NCBI GenBank assembly: GCA_965207075.1
Contig: CBDBLO010000002.1
Coordinates: forward strand, 1,856,001-1,920,000
Source of the DNA: Nitrosopumilus sp.
Lineage (GTDB): Archaea; Thermoproteota; Nitrososphaeria; Nitrososphaerales; Nitrosopumilaceae
Reading direction: 5' to 3'
Length of the DNA stretch: 64,000 bases
How positions within the stretch are numbered: position 1 is the first letter of the stretch; the number at the start of each line of letters is the position of its first letter. The notes beneath the pieces were generated by a model. It saw only the letters and a list, made by a program, of their open reading frames with translations, had not been told where the DNA came from and ran no database searches. The position numbers were made by a program, and so were the translations under genes. Below, one piece after another: positions 10,086-20,435 of the stretch.

Positions 10086-10751
10086 TCAGGGCTGGGAGGA
10101 TGATCCCCGGCCGGTCAGCTTTGCCCAGTCTGCAAGAAAGTTGTCCAGCCCTATCTTCGTGAGCGGGTGGTGCAGCATCTTTTCAAGCACGGCCGGGGGC
10201 AGCGTCACGACATCGGCGCCCAGCATTGCGGCCTCCTTTACGTGCACGGGGTGGCGCACACTTGCCACCAGTATCTGGGTCTCAAAGCCGTAGTTCTGGA
10301 ATATCCCCACCAGGTCCTCGATCAGCTGCATGCCGTCGTGGCCCGTGTCGTCGATGCGCCCTATGAACGGGCTCACGTACCTGGCGCCCGCCTTGGCGGC
10401 CAGTATGGCCTGGTTCGTGGAGAACACCAGCGTGACGTTTACGGGAATGCCCTCAGACGACAGGCGGCGGCATGCGACCAGGCCGTCGGGGGTCATGGGC
10501 ACCTTCACCACCACGTTGTCGCCGTATTGGCGCAGCCTGCGCCCCTCCTCGACCATCGCGTCGCTGTCGGTGGCCACCACCTCCAGGCTGACGTCGCCCT
10601 TTATCACGTCGGATATCTCGGCCATTGCGCCGGCGGGATCGCCGCCGGCCTTTGCAAGCAGGGACGGGTTTGTCGTAATGCCGTCCACGAGCCCCATGTC
10701 GTTGTATTTTTTGATGAGCCTGATGTCGGCCGTGTCAAGAAATATCTTCAT
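10086..10751 (-). CDS. tal: Transaldolase (FSA/TalC type)
   Basis: IFLDTAD, GITTNPSL, VVKVP (Schiff-base Lys), YVSPFIGR. Confidence 0.96.
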   Translation of the reverse strand: MKIFLDTADIRLIKKYNDMGLVDGITTNPSLLAKAGGDPAGAMAEISDVIKGDVSLEVVATDSDAMVEEGRRLRQYGDNVVVKVPMTPDGLVACRRLSSEGIPVNVTLVFSTNQAILAAKAGARYVSPFIGRIDDTGHDGMQLIEDLVGIFQNYGFETQILVASVRHPVHVKEAAMLGADVVTLPPAVLEKMLHHPLTKIGLDNFLADWAKLTGRGSSSQP

Positions 10752-11764
10752 CTCTCAGGCAACCTCTCGAGCGCGCCTGCCTGCTGCGCCATATTAAACG
10801 GTGTGATCCCGTGCTTTTGCAGGAGGAGGGGCACCTCCGCGTCGCGGGCCGACTCGCCGAACGCGTCGAGCGCGCCGATGCGCTTTATCGGAACCGGGTA
10901 CGACTCGGACACGGACTCGGCCACTGCCGAGCCCATCCCACCTATGATGTTGTGCTCCTCGGCAGTGAGTATGCGGCCCGTCTGGCGCGCCGCCTTTTCA
11001 AGCGCGCGCCCGTCTACCGGCTTTACCGAGAACATGTCAAGTACGCGGCAGGACATCTGTTTCTCGCGCCGCAGCAGGTCGGCGGCCTCGAGCGCCATGC
11101 TGACTGTAATGCCGCAGGCGGCTATCGTGCAGTCCGAGCCGTCGCGCAGGACGTTTGCGCGCCCCGCCTCAAATCGTTTGTCGGCGCCGCCGTCGTTATC
11201 ATCATCATCATCATCATCATATACAAGCGGCGTCTTTGAGCGGGCCATCCTCATGTAGAACGGGCCGTATTCTGCGGCCATCATGCGCGTCAGGGCCGAG
11301 ACTGCCACTGTGTCGGCGGGGATCATGACCCGGAAGTTTGGGATCGTCCTCATTATCGAGATGTCCTCAAGCTGCTGGTGCGACCCGCCGTCGGGGCCCA
11401 CCGAGAGGCCGCCGTGAGAGGCCACCAGCTTTACGTTGAGCCCGCCGCGGCCGCCGGGCGACGGGTACGCCACGTTGTTGCGAATCTGGTCCACCGCGCG
11501 CCCCGGCAGGAATATGGCGTACGTGCTTGCAAACACGGTCTTGCCAGACGCGGCAAGCCCCGCCGAGATCGTGACGAGGTTGCCCTCCGCGATCCCGACG
11601 TTGAAGAAACGGTCGGGAAACTCCCTGCCGAACTTGGAGGTCTTCAGGGAGTCCGTCGTGTCGGCCCCCATCACCACGACGTCCGGGTTGCCCCTGCCCT
11701 CGCGTACCAGGGCCTCGGCGTACGCTGTGCGCATGTCAGTCAGGACGGGCTGCTCATCTGGCAA
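10748..11764 (-). CDS. tkt: Transketolase, C-terminal subunit
   Basis: FFNVGIAE, GPDGGSHQ and AEEH motifs. Confidence 0.95.
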   Translation of the reverse strand: MPDEQPVLTDMRTAYAEALVREGRGNPDVVVMGADTTDSLKTSKFGREFPDRFFNVGIAEGNLVTISAGLAASGKTVFASTYAIFLPGRAVDQIRNNVAYPSPGGRGGLNVKLVASHGGLSVGPDGGSHQQLEDISIMRTIPNFRVMIPADTVAVSALTRMMAAEYGPFYMRMARSKTPLVYDDDDDDDNDGGADKRFEAGRANVLRDGSDCTIAACGITVSMALEAADLLRREKQMSCRVLDMFSVKPVDGRALEKAARQTGRILTAEEHNIIGGMGSAVAESVSESYPVPIKRIGALDAFGESARDAEVPLLLQKHGITPFNMAQQAGALERLPER

Positions 11765-13430
11765 CGTAACCCGCCTCCTGCGCGATTGTCCTGACCTCGG
11801 CCGGCCTGGCGCCCACCACGTGCAGGTCTATCCAGCGCTCCACGAGGTCGCTGCCCCCGAGGCTGTCGGCCAGGTCAAGCAGCATCCTCCGCCTCGCGGT
11901 CGCGACCGCCTGCCTGAACCCGCGTATGGACGCGCGCACGTCCGGGGTCGACACGATGGCGCCGCCGCCCACAAAGGCGCGGGCGCCATCGGCAAACACC
12001 GACGCCACGTTCTCAAGGTTCACGCCCCCGTCGGCCTCCACGTACCCGGCAAAGCCGTTGTCCGCGAGCACGGGCATGAGCCGCGCCATCTTCTGGTGGG
12101 TCGACTCGATGTACTTTTGGCCCGACCTGCCGGGCACCACCGACATCACTATGATCTGGTCTATCCCGGGAAGGAACCCAAGCGACCACTCCGGAAGCTC
12201 CGTGTCCGGGTTGATTGCAAGGCCCACGCCCACACCGTTCTCGCGCAGCATGTCTGATATCTCGCCGAACGTGTCGGCGTCCGTGACCTCTGCGTGCACC
12301 GTAACTATGTCGCTGCCGGCGTCCACGTACTGGCGCACGTGCCTGTGTGGCTCCTCTATCATGAGGTGCGTGTCAAACGGGATCAGCGTGAGCGGCCTCA
12401 GCTCCCTTACCTTTTCGTGCAGGAACGTCCTGTTCGGGACGAACCTGCCGTCCATCACGTCGAGGTGGATGTAGTCGGCCCTGCCCTCGGCGCACCGGAC
12501 TACCTCGGCGGCCAGGTCTGTCATGTCGCCGGCTATTATCGACGGCGCTATTATCGACTGGGACTCCAGCTCCGCGTTGATTATCGGCACCATGTCCCCT
12601 GCGGGCGCCTTGCCGTGCCACTGGGGGTTGTCCTCCATGTGCTCGACGGACTTGCCCTTTATGGTGCGCGATATGATTATGGTCGGAGCTCCCCCGTGCG
12701 CCCGGGCCCTCTTTATGGCGTCGTCAATCTGTTCTATGCGGTGTCCGTCAATCTCGATCACGTTCCACCCGAACGCGCGCCACTTGTCGCCCGTCCTCCA
12801 CCTGTCCTGGTCGAGCCACATTGTAGATATCTCCTCGGCGTCCCCCAGCCGGGAATCAAGCGGCATGACGCGCTCCGTGTACGAGTCCTGCTGGATAAAG
12901 TTGCGGTCGAGGAACACGGTCAGGTTGTCCACCCCGTACTTGGAGGCGGCCATGGCGGCCTCCCATATCTGGCCCTCGTCGGACTCGCCGTCCCCGATCA
13001 CCGTGTATACGCGGCAGGGCCTGGAATCAAGGCGGGCCGCAAGCGCGACCCCCACAGAATACGAGAGCCCGGTCCCAAGCGAGCCGCCGCAGAACTCGAC
13101 GCCGGGGCACTTTAGGTCGGGATGGCCCTGGAGCCTGCTTCCAAACGCCCTGAGCGTGTCAATCTCGGACTCTGCAAAGTACCCGGCCACTGCCATGTTC
13201 GAGAACAGCCCCGGCGCCGCGTGCCCCTTTGAGAGGACGAGCCGGTCCCTGTCCTCCCACTGCGGGTTGCGCGGATCGTACCGCATGTGCTTGTAGAACA
13301 GGCAGCCCAGTATCTCGGCCATGGAGAACGAGCCGCCGGGGTGCCCGGAGCCGGCGGCCGCGGTGCCGCGTATGACAAGCTTGCGGGCCCGCAGCACCTT
13401 TGAACGAATCGTACAGTAATCCAGCCCCAT
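11754..13430 (-). CDS. Fusion: transketolase N-terminal subunit + ribulose-phosphate 3-epimerase
   Basis: SGHPGGS, LSKGH and GDGE..EG (TPP motif), followed by IAPSI, IHLDVMDG.FVPN, MSVVPG.SGQ and EADGG. Confidence 0.95.
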   Translation of the reverse strand: MGLDYCTIRSKVLRARKLVIRGTAAAGSGHPGGSFSMAEILGCLFYKHMRYDPRNPQWEDRDRLVLSKGHAAPGLFSNMAVAGYFAESEIDTLRAFGSRLQGHPDLKCPGVEFCGGSLGTGLSYSVGVALAARLDSRPCRVYTVIGDGESDEGQIWEAAMAASKYGVDNLTVFLDRNFIQQDSYTERVMPLDSRLGDAEEISTMWLDQDRWRTGDKWRAFGWNVIEIDGHRIEQIDDAIKRARAHGGAPTIIISRTIKGKSVEHMEDNPQWHGKAPAGDMVPIINAELESQSIIAPSIIAGDMTDLAAEVVRCAEGRADYIHLDVMDGRFVPNRTFLHEKVRELRPLTLIPFDTHLMIEEPHRHVRQYVDAGSDIVTVHAEVTDADTFGEISDMLRENGVGVGLAINPDTELPEWSLGFLPGIDQIIVMSVVPGRSGQKYIESTHQKMARLMPVLADNGFAGYVEADGGVNLENVASVFADGARAFVGGGAIVSTPDVRASIRGFRQAVATARRRMLLDLADSLGGSDLVERWIDLHVVGARPAEVRTIAQEAGYVAR

Positions 13431-13651
13431 GCAGTCACTCACGCCCCAAATTGAATAAAAATCTACTCGAGTCAGAAAACGACAGGACGCGGCCGGCATG
13501 CACCGCGACTGCGTCAGAAGGGTTGCCGGGGCACAGTCATTGTGATCGCCGTGCCGTCACCGGCAGTCGTCACAGCAGGTCCAAACCCGCGGCGCGACGC
13601 GGGCGGCGGCACATGCTCCAAATAAAACAGGCCTGCCACGGCGCCCACAAC

Positions 13652-14785
13652 ATGTCACGGACATCGTCGGGCATGGACAACCACATCAGGGTTACCACCT
13701 TTTTCCAGCACGCCGGGATATCGGCGGTGCTGATGTTCATGCCGGTGATAGCAAGCGGCGTGACCGACGCGATATTTGAGATCGGCATCATAGTGGCGTC
13801 GTTCAGCATGGCGCAGATAGTCTCCGAGGTGTACTTTGGGCGGCTGTCTGACAAACGGGGCCACCGCCTCCTGTTCATAAGGGCCGGGTTGGCCGCGTGC
13901 GCCATAGTGCACGCCCTGCACTATTTTGCAGACGACGCGCACATGCTGCTGCTTGCAAGGATCGCGGCGGGGGTGGCCACCGGCGTGATGATCCCGCCCC
14001 TGCTCGCGTATGCGTACGAGGCGGGCCGGCACAAGAAGAAGGTGGCGTCAGTCGTGTCGTTCCACGCCCTGGGATGGCTTGCCGGCATAGTGGCCGCCGG
14101 CATTGCAAACGACACGGACCTGATATTCCTTGCCAGCGCGGGCCTGTTTGCGGCGGGGCTTGCAAGCTCCGCAAGGCTGTCCGATACGAGGCCGCCGAAG
14201 GAGACGGCGCCCGGCACCACCAAGCGGGTCATAAAGAACAACAGGTTCCTGTTCCTCGCGCTGCTCATGAGGCACGTGGGGGCCGTCGCGGCCTGGACCG
14301 TCCTGCCCCTGATGCTGACCGAGTCCATGGGCGCCGAGCTCTGGCAGGTCTCCGTGGTATACGTGGCAAACACGGCGACGGCGTTCGTGGTGATGAACCT
14401 GATGGCGTTCCGCATACACATCTCAAACGTGACAAAGTTCAAGGTCGGGATAGGGATGACCGCGTTCGTGTTTGTGGGACTGGCTATGATCGAACAGTGG
14501 TGGCAGGCCATGCCGTTCATGGCCCTGGTGGGGTTCACGTGGGCGTTCCTGTACGTGGGGGGCAGCTTCCACCTCATGGACAACAACCCCAAGTCCACCA
14601 GCACCGGCATCTTCAGCAGCACGATATCAATCGCGGCCGTGATCGGTCCCGTTGCGGCAGGCGCCATAGCGCTCGCATACGGGTACGTGGCCGTGATGTA
14701 CTTTGCCATCATTGCAATAGTGGCCGGGTTTGCAATGGCGGTGAGGATACCCAACGCGGACAGCGCGACATTGCCGGCAGAATAG
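13652..14785 (+). CDS. MFS transporter
   Basis: GRLSDKRG MFS motif A and about 12 hydrophobic segments. Start uncertain (13652 or 13673). Confidence 0.9.
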   Translation: MSRTSSGMDNHIRVTTFFQHAGISAVLMFMPVIASGVTDAIFEIGIIVASFSMAQIVSEVYFGRLSDKRGHRLLFIRAGLAACAIVHALHYFADDAHMLLLARIAAGVATGVMIPPLLAYAYEAGRHKKKVASVVSFHALGWLAGIVAAGIANDTDLIFLASAGLFAAGLASSARLSDTRPPKETAPGTTKRVIKNNRFLFLALLMRHVGAVAAWTVLPLMLTESMGAELWQVSVVYVANTATAFVVMNLMAFRIHISNVTKFKVGIGMTAFVFVGLAMIEQWWQAMPFMALVGFTWAFLYVGGSFHLMDNNPKSTSTGIFSSTISIAAVIGPVAAGAIALAYGYVAVMYFAIIAIVAGFAMAVRIPNADSATLPAE

Positions 14786-14981
14786 CGGCGCAGGAGGCTA
14801 CGCGCGCAACAAGCGTGCCGCGCAGAGTCAGCGGCCGCGCATGCCATGCAGCTTACAGGGCGCACGCCGCAGGGCGCAGGGGCAGGCCCCGGGAATCGTC
14901 ACTGGCAGGCCCCGGGCACGATCCGCGCAAAGACCCGCCGCAACCGATTACCATTAAATAACTACCGCAGAGCCCCACGGC

Positions 14982-15293
14982 ATGGACAGGCGCAAGGGGA
15001 CCGGCATCATGATATTTTCGCTGTCAATTGCCGGGTTCTTCGTATACGCGTACCTGCTGATGCTCTCAGAGTGGAGCCCCATAATACAGCAGCTCTCCAT
15101 GCTGATGATAGTCGGGGGCATACTGGGGGTGATAGCGTGGATAGGGTACGTGACGGCGACGACCCGCGCCACGTCGGCCACGATAACCTCCTACGATGAC
15201 GCGGGTGACGTGGGCGGAGACGGCGGCAATGATGGCGGCGGCGGCGGTGACAAAAGCGAAGACGGAAGCGGCAACGGCGGCAGCGCCCCCTAG
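14982..15293 (+). CDS. Small two-TM membrane protein with Gly/Asp-rich tail
   Basis: Two hydrophobic helices, a WIGY motif and upstream TATA-like ATTAAATA. Confidence 0.75.
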   Translation: MDRRKGTGIMIFSLSIAGFFVYAYLLMLSEWSPIIQQLSMLMIVGGILGVIAWIGYVTATTRATSATITSYDDAGDVGGDGGNDGGGGGDKSEDGSGNGGSAP

Positions 15294-16165
15294 CCCTTGC
15301 GTATCACCGCGTCCACCACGGTCTGGTAATACCGCGGCCCCACGGCCCTGACTATCCTCGAGCCCAGTATCTCAGAGCGCACGGGCGCCACGTCCAGATA
15401 GTGCCGCTCGGAGAGCGCGGCCGCGTCCCCCTTGGAGTCCGAGTGTACGTGCGAGTAGTAGTGTATGACGCCGCCGTCGGCAGTGGCCCGGACCGCCGAG
15501 CCCAGAAACTCGTCGGACCTCTCAGGCAGCAGCATGAGCGTCCTGTCGCACGTGCCGTCGAACCGGTCCCGAACCACCTGCGAGGCCTCGCCGCATATCG
15601 GGATCACGCGGCCGGCCATCTTGCGCCCCCTCTTCCTGTTCTTGCGCCCGTAGTGCTCGTTCAGCTCCACATTCCTCTCGCACAGCTTGGACGCGACGGG
15701 GTTCGAGTCCACGCTGTATACGGTGCACGCCGTGTTCATGGCTGCAATCACGGAGAACATGCCGATGCCGCCGAACATGTTCAGGACGGACTCGCCGTCC
15801 CGCACGAGCGAGGCTATGCGCTCCCTCTCGTGCGAGAGCCGGGGCGAGAAGAACGCGCCCTCCACGTCCACCACGAACCGGCAGCCGGACTCCCTGTACG
15901 TGGTGGTGGTGTCGTCTATCCCCGCTATGAGCTCCAGCTTGCGCGTGCGGTACTCGCCGTCGACTGCAGACGCCTGACAGAACACGCTCCTTACGATCTT
16001 TATCTCGTCGAGCAGCGCCCTGCCGATCTCAAACCTCCTCTCAAGCAGCGTATCCGGTATGCGCACCACGACTATCTCCCCTATCTGGTCGAACGCGGAC
16101 ACGAACTCGGCCGCCTCCGACTCAGTCAGGACGTCCTCCAGCGCTCGCTTCAGCATGCGGGTCAT
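15290..16165 (-). CDS. Trm5/TYW2 (Met-10+ like) tRNA-modifying SAM-dependent transferase
   Basis: DQIGEI, FFSPRL..ER.RI, NMFGGIG.F, GGVIHYY. Confidence 0.9.
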   Translation of the reverse strand: MTRMLKRALEDVLTESEAAEFVSAFDQIGEIVVVRIPDTLLERRFEIGRALLDEIKIVRSVFCQASAVDGEYRTRKLELIAGIDDTTTTYRESGCRFVVDVEGAFFSPRLSHERERIASLVRDGESVLNMFGGIGMFSVIAAMNTACTVYSVDSNPVASKLCERNVELNEHYGRKNRKRGRKMAGRVIPICGEASQVVRDRFDGTCDRTLMLLPERSDEFLGSAVRATADGGVIHYYSHVHSDSKGDAAALSERHYLDVAPVRSEILGSRIVRAVGPRYYQTVVDAVIRKG

Positions 16166-16298
16166 GGTGCGTCACGGGACGGTGGCCGCCGGGCGCAATA
16201 TGGACGAACCGGCGCGTGCGCGGGGCGGCGGTGGTTGTGGTTGTGGTTGTGGTTGTGGGGGAGGTGGGACGGCCGCCCCGCGGCCTGCGCGGGCCGCG

Positions 16299-18095
16299 TC
16301 ACGCATAGTAGAACCTCCCCTCCGTCTTCTGCGACTTGTCAAGCCTGCTGCCCGGCTTGTTGACGCGCGGCCGCATGCTCCTCTCATCCCGCCTAAACGA
16401 CATGTCAAGCGAGCTGAGAAATCGGTTCATTGCCTCCTTCTTGGGCATGGGCCCCGTCGCCTCCCCCCGGACGCCCGGCTCGCCGCCGAATATTATCATG
16501 CTGTCGGATATCAGGTCCATGAGCTGCAGGTCGTGGTCGATGATTATCGCGGACTTGCCAAACGACCTGACGAACTTTTGTATGAACTTTGCAAGCGCTA
16601 TCCTGTCCTCCACGTCAAGGAATGCAGACGGCTCGTCGAGCGCGTACAGGTCCACCTTCTGCAGCAGGCACGCGGCGACGGCCACCTTCTGCAGCTCGCC
16701 CCCCGAGAGGTGCGAGACGGCCTTGTTGTACAGCTTCTTGACGCGCAGCGGGTCGATGATCTGCTCCTCCTCCATGCTCCCCTCGATCGGATCCCCGTTT
16801 GCCTCAGACAGTAGGGATACGACCTCGGCGTCCGACGAGGAGCCCTGCAGGTACTGGGGCTTGTAGGCCAGCTTTATCTTCGAGTCCACCGCGCCGGAGT
16901 CGGGCCTCTCTGCGCCGGCAATCATCTTCATCATCGTGGTCTTGCCCAGCGCGTTTGCCCCCATCACCCCCAGGATCTCGCCCTTGCGGACCCGCCCCGG
17001 CTCCACGCTCACGGAGAACGACTCGTACCTCCTCTCAAGGCTTGGATAGGACACTATGACGTCGCCCGTCACGAACGCGTCGTCAGGCTGCGACGCGGAC
17101 GACGCGTCAAACGAGAACTTTTTGTCCCTGAACCTGACGTTCTCGGAGGGCAGGTACCCCTCAAGGAAGACGTTGACGCCCACCCTGGTCGAGAGCACGC
17201 TTGACACTATGCCGTACGCGGCGGGCTCCCCATAGACCACCTCGATGTAGTCGCTCAGAAAGTCAAGCAGCGTCAGGTCGTGCTCCACGACCATCACGCT
17301 CCTGCCGATCTTGGCCAGATCCTGTATGACCCTGGCCACGCCGATCCTCTGGAACACGTCGTTGTACGAGGAGGGCTCGTCGAAAAAGTAGAACTCGGCG
17401 TCCCTTGAGGCGGCGACTGCCACGGCCACCCGCTGCAGCTCGCCCCCGCTGAGCTCCGACAGCCTGTGGTCCACGGAGTTTGCGAGGTCCAGGTCCCGGA
17501 TCATCTGGCGCGCGACCCCGCGCTGGTCGTACTTTGCAATCAGCTCCGACGCCGTTCCCTCAAAGGCCGACGCCAGCATGCTGACCTGCTGCGGCTTGAT
17601 GGAGAACGCGGCGTCGCCGCGCATGATGCGCTCAAAGTGGCCCTTCAGCTCGGTGCCCCCGTAATACTTGAGTATCTCGTCCCACTGGGGCGGATCCTCG
17701 TACCTGCCCAGGTTGGGCATTATGTTTCCGGACAGTATGCCCACGATGGTGCTCTTTCCCATGCCGTTGCGGCCCAGCAGGCCCATCACCTCGCCCTTCC
17801 TTGGGACGGGCAGCCGGTACAGGCGGAACGAGTTGGGGCCGTACTGGTGGACCTTGTCGGACGCCAGCTCCTCGGCGAGGTTTACTATCGTGATGGCCTC
17901 AAACGGGCACACCTTGACGCATATGCCGCACCCGTTGCAGATGTCCTCGTCTATGCGGGCCTTTTTCGTGCCCTCCTCGTCCAGCGTGATGCAGTCGGCG
18001 CCGGACTTGTTGACGGGGCAGTACTTTATGCACTCCAGCCCGCACTTGCGCGGCTGGCAGAGGTCGGTGTCAAGGACGGCCACCCTGTGTGTCAT
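16299..18095 (-). CDS. rli: ABCE1/RLI ribosome recycling ATPase
   Basis: N-terminal 2x[4Fe-4S] Cys motifs and two ABC domains (GRNGMGKS, LSGGELQ, DEPS). Confidence 0.98.
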   Translation of the reverse strand: MTHRVAVLDTDLCQPRKCGLECIKYCPVNKSGADCITLDEEGTKKARIDEDICNGCGICVKVCPFEAITIVNLAEELASDKVHQYGPNSFRLYRLPVPRKGEVMGLLGRNGMGKSTIVGILSGNIMPNLGRYEDPPQWDEILKYYGGTELKGHFERIMRGDAAFSIKPQQVSMLASAFEGTASELIAKYDQRGVARQMIRDLDLANSVDHRLSELSGGELQRVAVAVAASRDAEFYFFDEPSSYNDVFQRIGVARVIQDLAKIGRSVMVVEHDLTLLDFLSDYIEVVYGEPAAYGIVSSVLSTRVGVNVFLEGYLPSENVRFRDKKFSFDASSASQPDDAFVTGDVIVSYPSLERRYESFSVSVEPGRVRKGEILGVMGANALGKTTMMKMIAGAERPDSGAVDSKIKLAYKPQYLQGSSSDAEVVSLLSEANGDPIEGSMEEEQIIDPLRVKKLYNKAVSHLSGGELQKVAVAACLLQKVDLYALDEPSAFLDVEDRIALAKFIQKFVRSFGKSAIIIDHDLQLMDLISDSMIIFGGEPGVRGEATGPMPKKEAMNRFLSSLDMSFRRDERSMRPRVNKPGSRLDKSQKTEGRFYYA

Positions 18096-18416
18096 GAACG
18101 TATGTGGAGCGGCCTCGCTTTATACCTGCGTGCGCCCACACGCGCCGCGGGACGGGATCCGTTACGTTAATAGGCAGGCGTCGGGTACGCGGGCCAAGCC
18201 GGCCATAGCGTCAGGGCGCGACCCAATCCCGTTCCGAACTTGGAAGTCAAACCTGATGTCGCTGTTGTGCTACTAAGATGCGAGAGCCCTTGGGAAGCAA
18301 CAGTGCTGGCATTTTCATTATCATCATTGCCACTGTCGCTGCAGCCATTGTCGTCGCCACCATTGTCGTTGCCACAAGGCACACGATTAATATCGGCCGC
18401 GCGCGCCGCGCATGCC

Positions 18417-18548
18417 ATGAGCCCCACGTGCTCCGTATGCGGCGAACGGTGCGACAACGATATCAGGCTGCTCAACCACATGATGGAAAAGCACGGCTGG
18501 AGAAACCCCAACGTGGGCAAGCCGGACAGGAACAGCCGCGGGTACTAG
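18417..18548 (+). CDS. 43-aa C2H2 zinc-finger microprotein
   Basis: MSPTCSVCG...LLNHMMEKHG (CxxC-x12-H-x4-H). TATA-like ATTAATA ~25 nt upstream of the ATG at 18417. Confidence 0.75.
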   Translation: MSPTCSVCGERCDNDIRLLNHMMEKHGWRNPNVGKPDRNSRGY

Positions 18549-18564
18549 TTGCGCGCAACAGAGC

Positions 18565-20313
18565 TCACTGCTCAAGAAGGTGATCCATTACGAGCCGCAG
18601 CCCGAACCCCGTGGCCCCCTTTGACTTGTAGGAGCGCGACTTTGTGGACGTCTGCGTCCAGGCCACCCCGGCTATGTCCAGGTGCACCCACGGAGTGTCC
18701 TCTATCGCGTTCCTCAGAAAGGCGGCCGCCACAATGGTGCCCGCGGCCCTACCGATCCCCATGTTCCTCATGTCGGCCACGGGCGACTTTATCATGTCCA
18801 TATAGTTCTGGTTAAGCGGGAGCTCCCATACTGACTCGGAGGTGCGCGCGGCAGACTGCCTGATTGCATCTGCCAGGCCTGAATCGTTTGAGACCATTCC
18901 CGCCACGTCGTTTCCCAGCGCGACGATGCACGCACCGGTCAGCGTGGCAAAGTCGATTATCTCCCGGGGCTTGTGGTGGCGCTCCCCGTATGCAAGGGCG
19001 TCTGCGAGGATGAGCCTGCCCTCCGCATCCGTGTTCAGTATCTCCGCAGTCTTGCCGCTGTACAGCTGTATGATGTCGCCGGGCCTGTACGACTCGCCGC
19101 CGGGCATGTTCTCCACCGCGGGAACTATGCACACGATGTCGGTTTTTAGCCGCAGCTTGGCGGCCGTCCTGATTATGCCAAGGACGGTGCAGCCGCCGCA
19201 CTTGTCAAACTTCATCTCGTCCATGCTGGCCCCCGGCTTGAGCGATATCCCGCCCGTGTCAAACGTGACGGCCTTGCCAACCAGAACAATCGGCCCGGTG
19301 GCAGAAGAGGCCCGACCGCTCCGGCGGCCCGGGGCGCCCCTGTACTCGAGTATTATCAGTTTGGGTTCGTTCTTGCTGCCCTGCCCCACCGCCGTGATGC
19401 CCCCAAAGCCGCGCCTCTTGAGGGCGCCCTTTGACACCACGGTGCACTTGAGGCGGCTGTCCTTTCTGGCGATCCCGCGCGCAATGTCGGCAAGTGTCTG
19501 GGGGGTGCACTCGTTCGGGGGCAGGTTTGCCACGCTGCGCACGAACAGGTTGCCGTCGGATACCACAGAGGATGTCCGTACTGCCTTCGATACGTCGTCA
19601 AGCGTCTCCCCCTTCTTCTTCTTTGGCGGGCCGTCGCACACTATGACCAGGTCGGGGCCTGCCGCGTCCCCGGCCGAGAGCACCTCGGAGACCAGCCCCG
19701 ATCTGGTGACGGGCGGGGAGTAGCCGCGAGTCGCGCCCCCGCGGTTCGGTCCGCTGTGCGCTCCATTGCTGCTACTACCGCCCTCTGCGCCATATCCGAA
19801 ACTGCCGTCGCCGTCGTCACCGACGTCACAGTCGTCATCGCCTGCGCCCTTGAACCTGTCAAACTTGTATGTGGCCATCTTCGATCCCTCCACAATGGCA
19901 GAGGCGGTCCCGGCCTGCGTGGAACCGGCTCCAAGCCACGGCACCACGACGGCAAACTCCCCGAGCTTTAGCTCTGCTGCCTTTTTTGCAATCTTTCCGG
20001 ACACGTGGCGCACCGCGTCGTACGTGGCGTCCTTGCGGCTTCCAAGCCCCGCGACAAGCAGGCGCCTTGCCGGCCTTCTGGACGGGACCGGAATCACGGC
20101 AATCCGGCCCTGCTTGCCTGCCACGTCCCGGGCAGTCTGTCTCAGGGCCGATGCAAGATCCTTGTCAGATACAGCATTGTCGTGCCCGCCCGCGCTCACA
20201 AAGCGGGGCAGTCCCTTGTCATCAGAGAACGCAAACCCGCACAACATCTCAACTCCGGGCTTTGCGGATCCAGATACCCTTACCTTCACACCAGACGGAC
20301 CCGGTACGGCCAT
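18565..20313 (-). CDS. pepA: Leucyl aminopeptidase (M17)
   Basis: VGKAVTFDTGG, MKFDKCG, NTDAEGRL, ATLTGAC, HLDIAG. Confidence 0.96.
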   Translation of the reverse strand: MAVPGPSGVKVRVSGSAKPGVEMLCGFAFSDDKGLPRFVSAGGHDNAVSDKDLASALRQTARDVAGKQGRIAVIPVPSRRPARRLLVAGLGSRKDATYDAVRHVSGKIAKKAAELKLGEFAVVVPWLGAGSTQAGTASAIVEGSKMATYKFDRFKGAGDDDCDVGDDGDGSFGYGAEGGSSSNGAHSGPNRGGATRGYSPPVTRSGLVSEVLSAGDAAGPDLVIVCDGPPKKKKGETLDDVSKAVRTSSVVSDGNLFVRSVANLPPNECTPQTLADIARGIARKDSRLKCTVVSKGALKRRGFGGITAVGQGSKNEPKLIILEYRGAPGRRSGRASSATGPIVLVGKAVTFDTGGISLKPGASMDEMKFDKCGGCTVLGIIRTAAKLRLKTDIVCIVPAVENMPGGESYRPGDIIQLYSGKTAEILNTDAEGRLILADALAYGERHHKPREIIDFATLTGACIVALGNDVAGMVSNDSGLADAIRQSAARTSESVWELPLNQNYMDMIKSPVADMRNMGIGRAAGTIVAAAFLRNAIEDTPWVHLDIAGVAWTQTSTKSRSYKSKGATGFGLRLVMDHLLEQ

Positions 20314-20435
20314 TTTAGATGTTACGCATACGCCATGGACGCGGCATTATTGCCGCGGGGGGTGCGGCGCCGCGCTTGCAGCCGGTGATCAGGCGGGGGC
20401 CCCGTTGCCTCCATCGCCCACGCCGCGCAAAAAGA

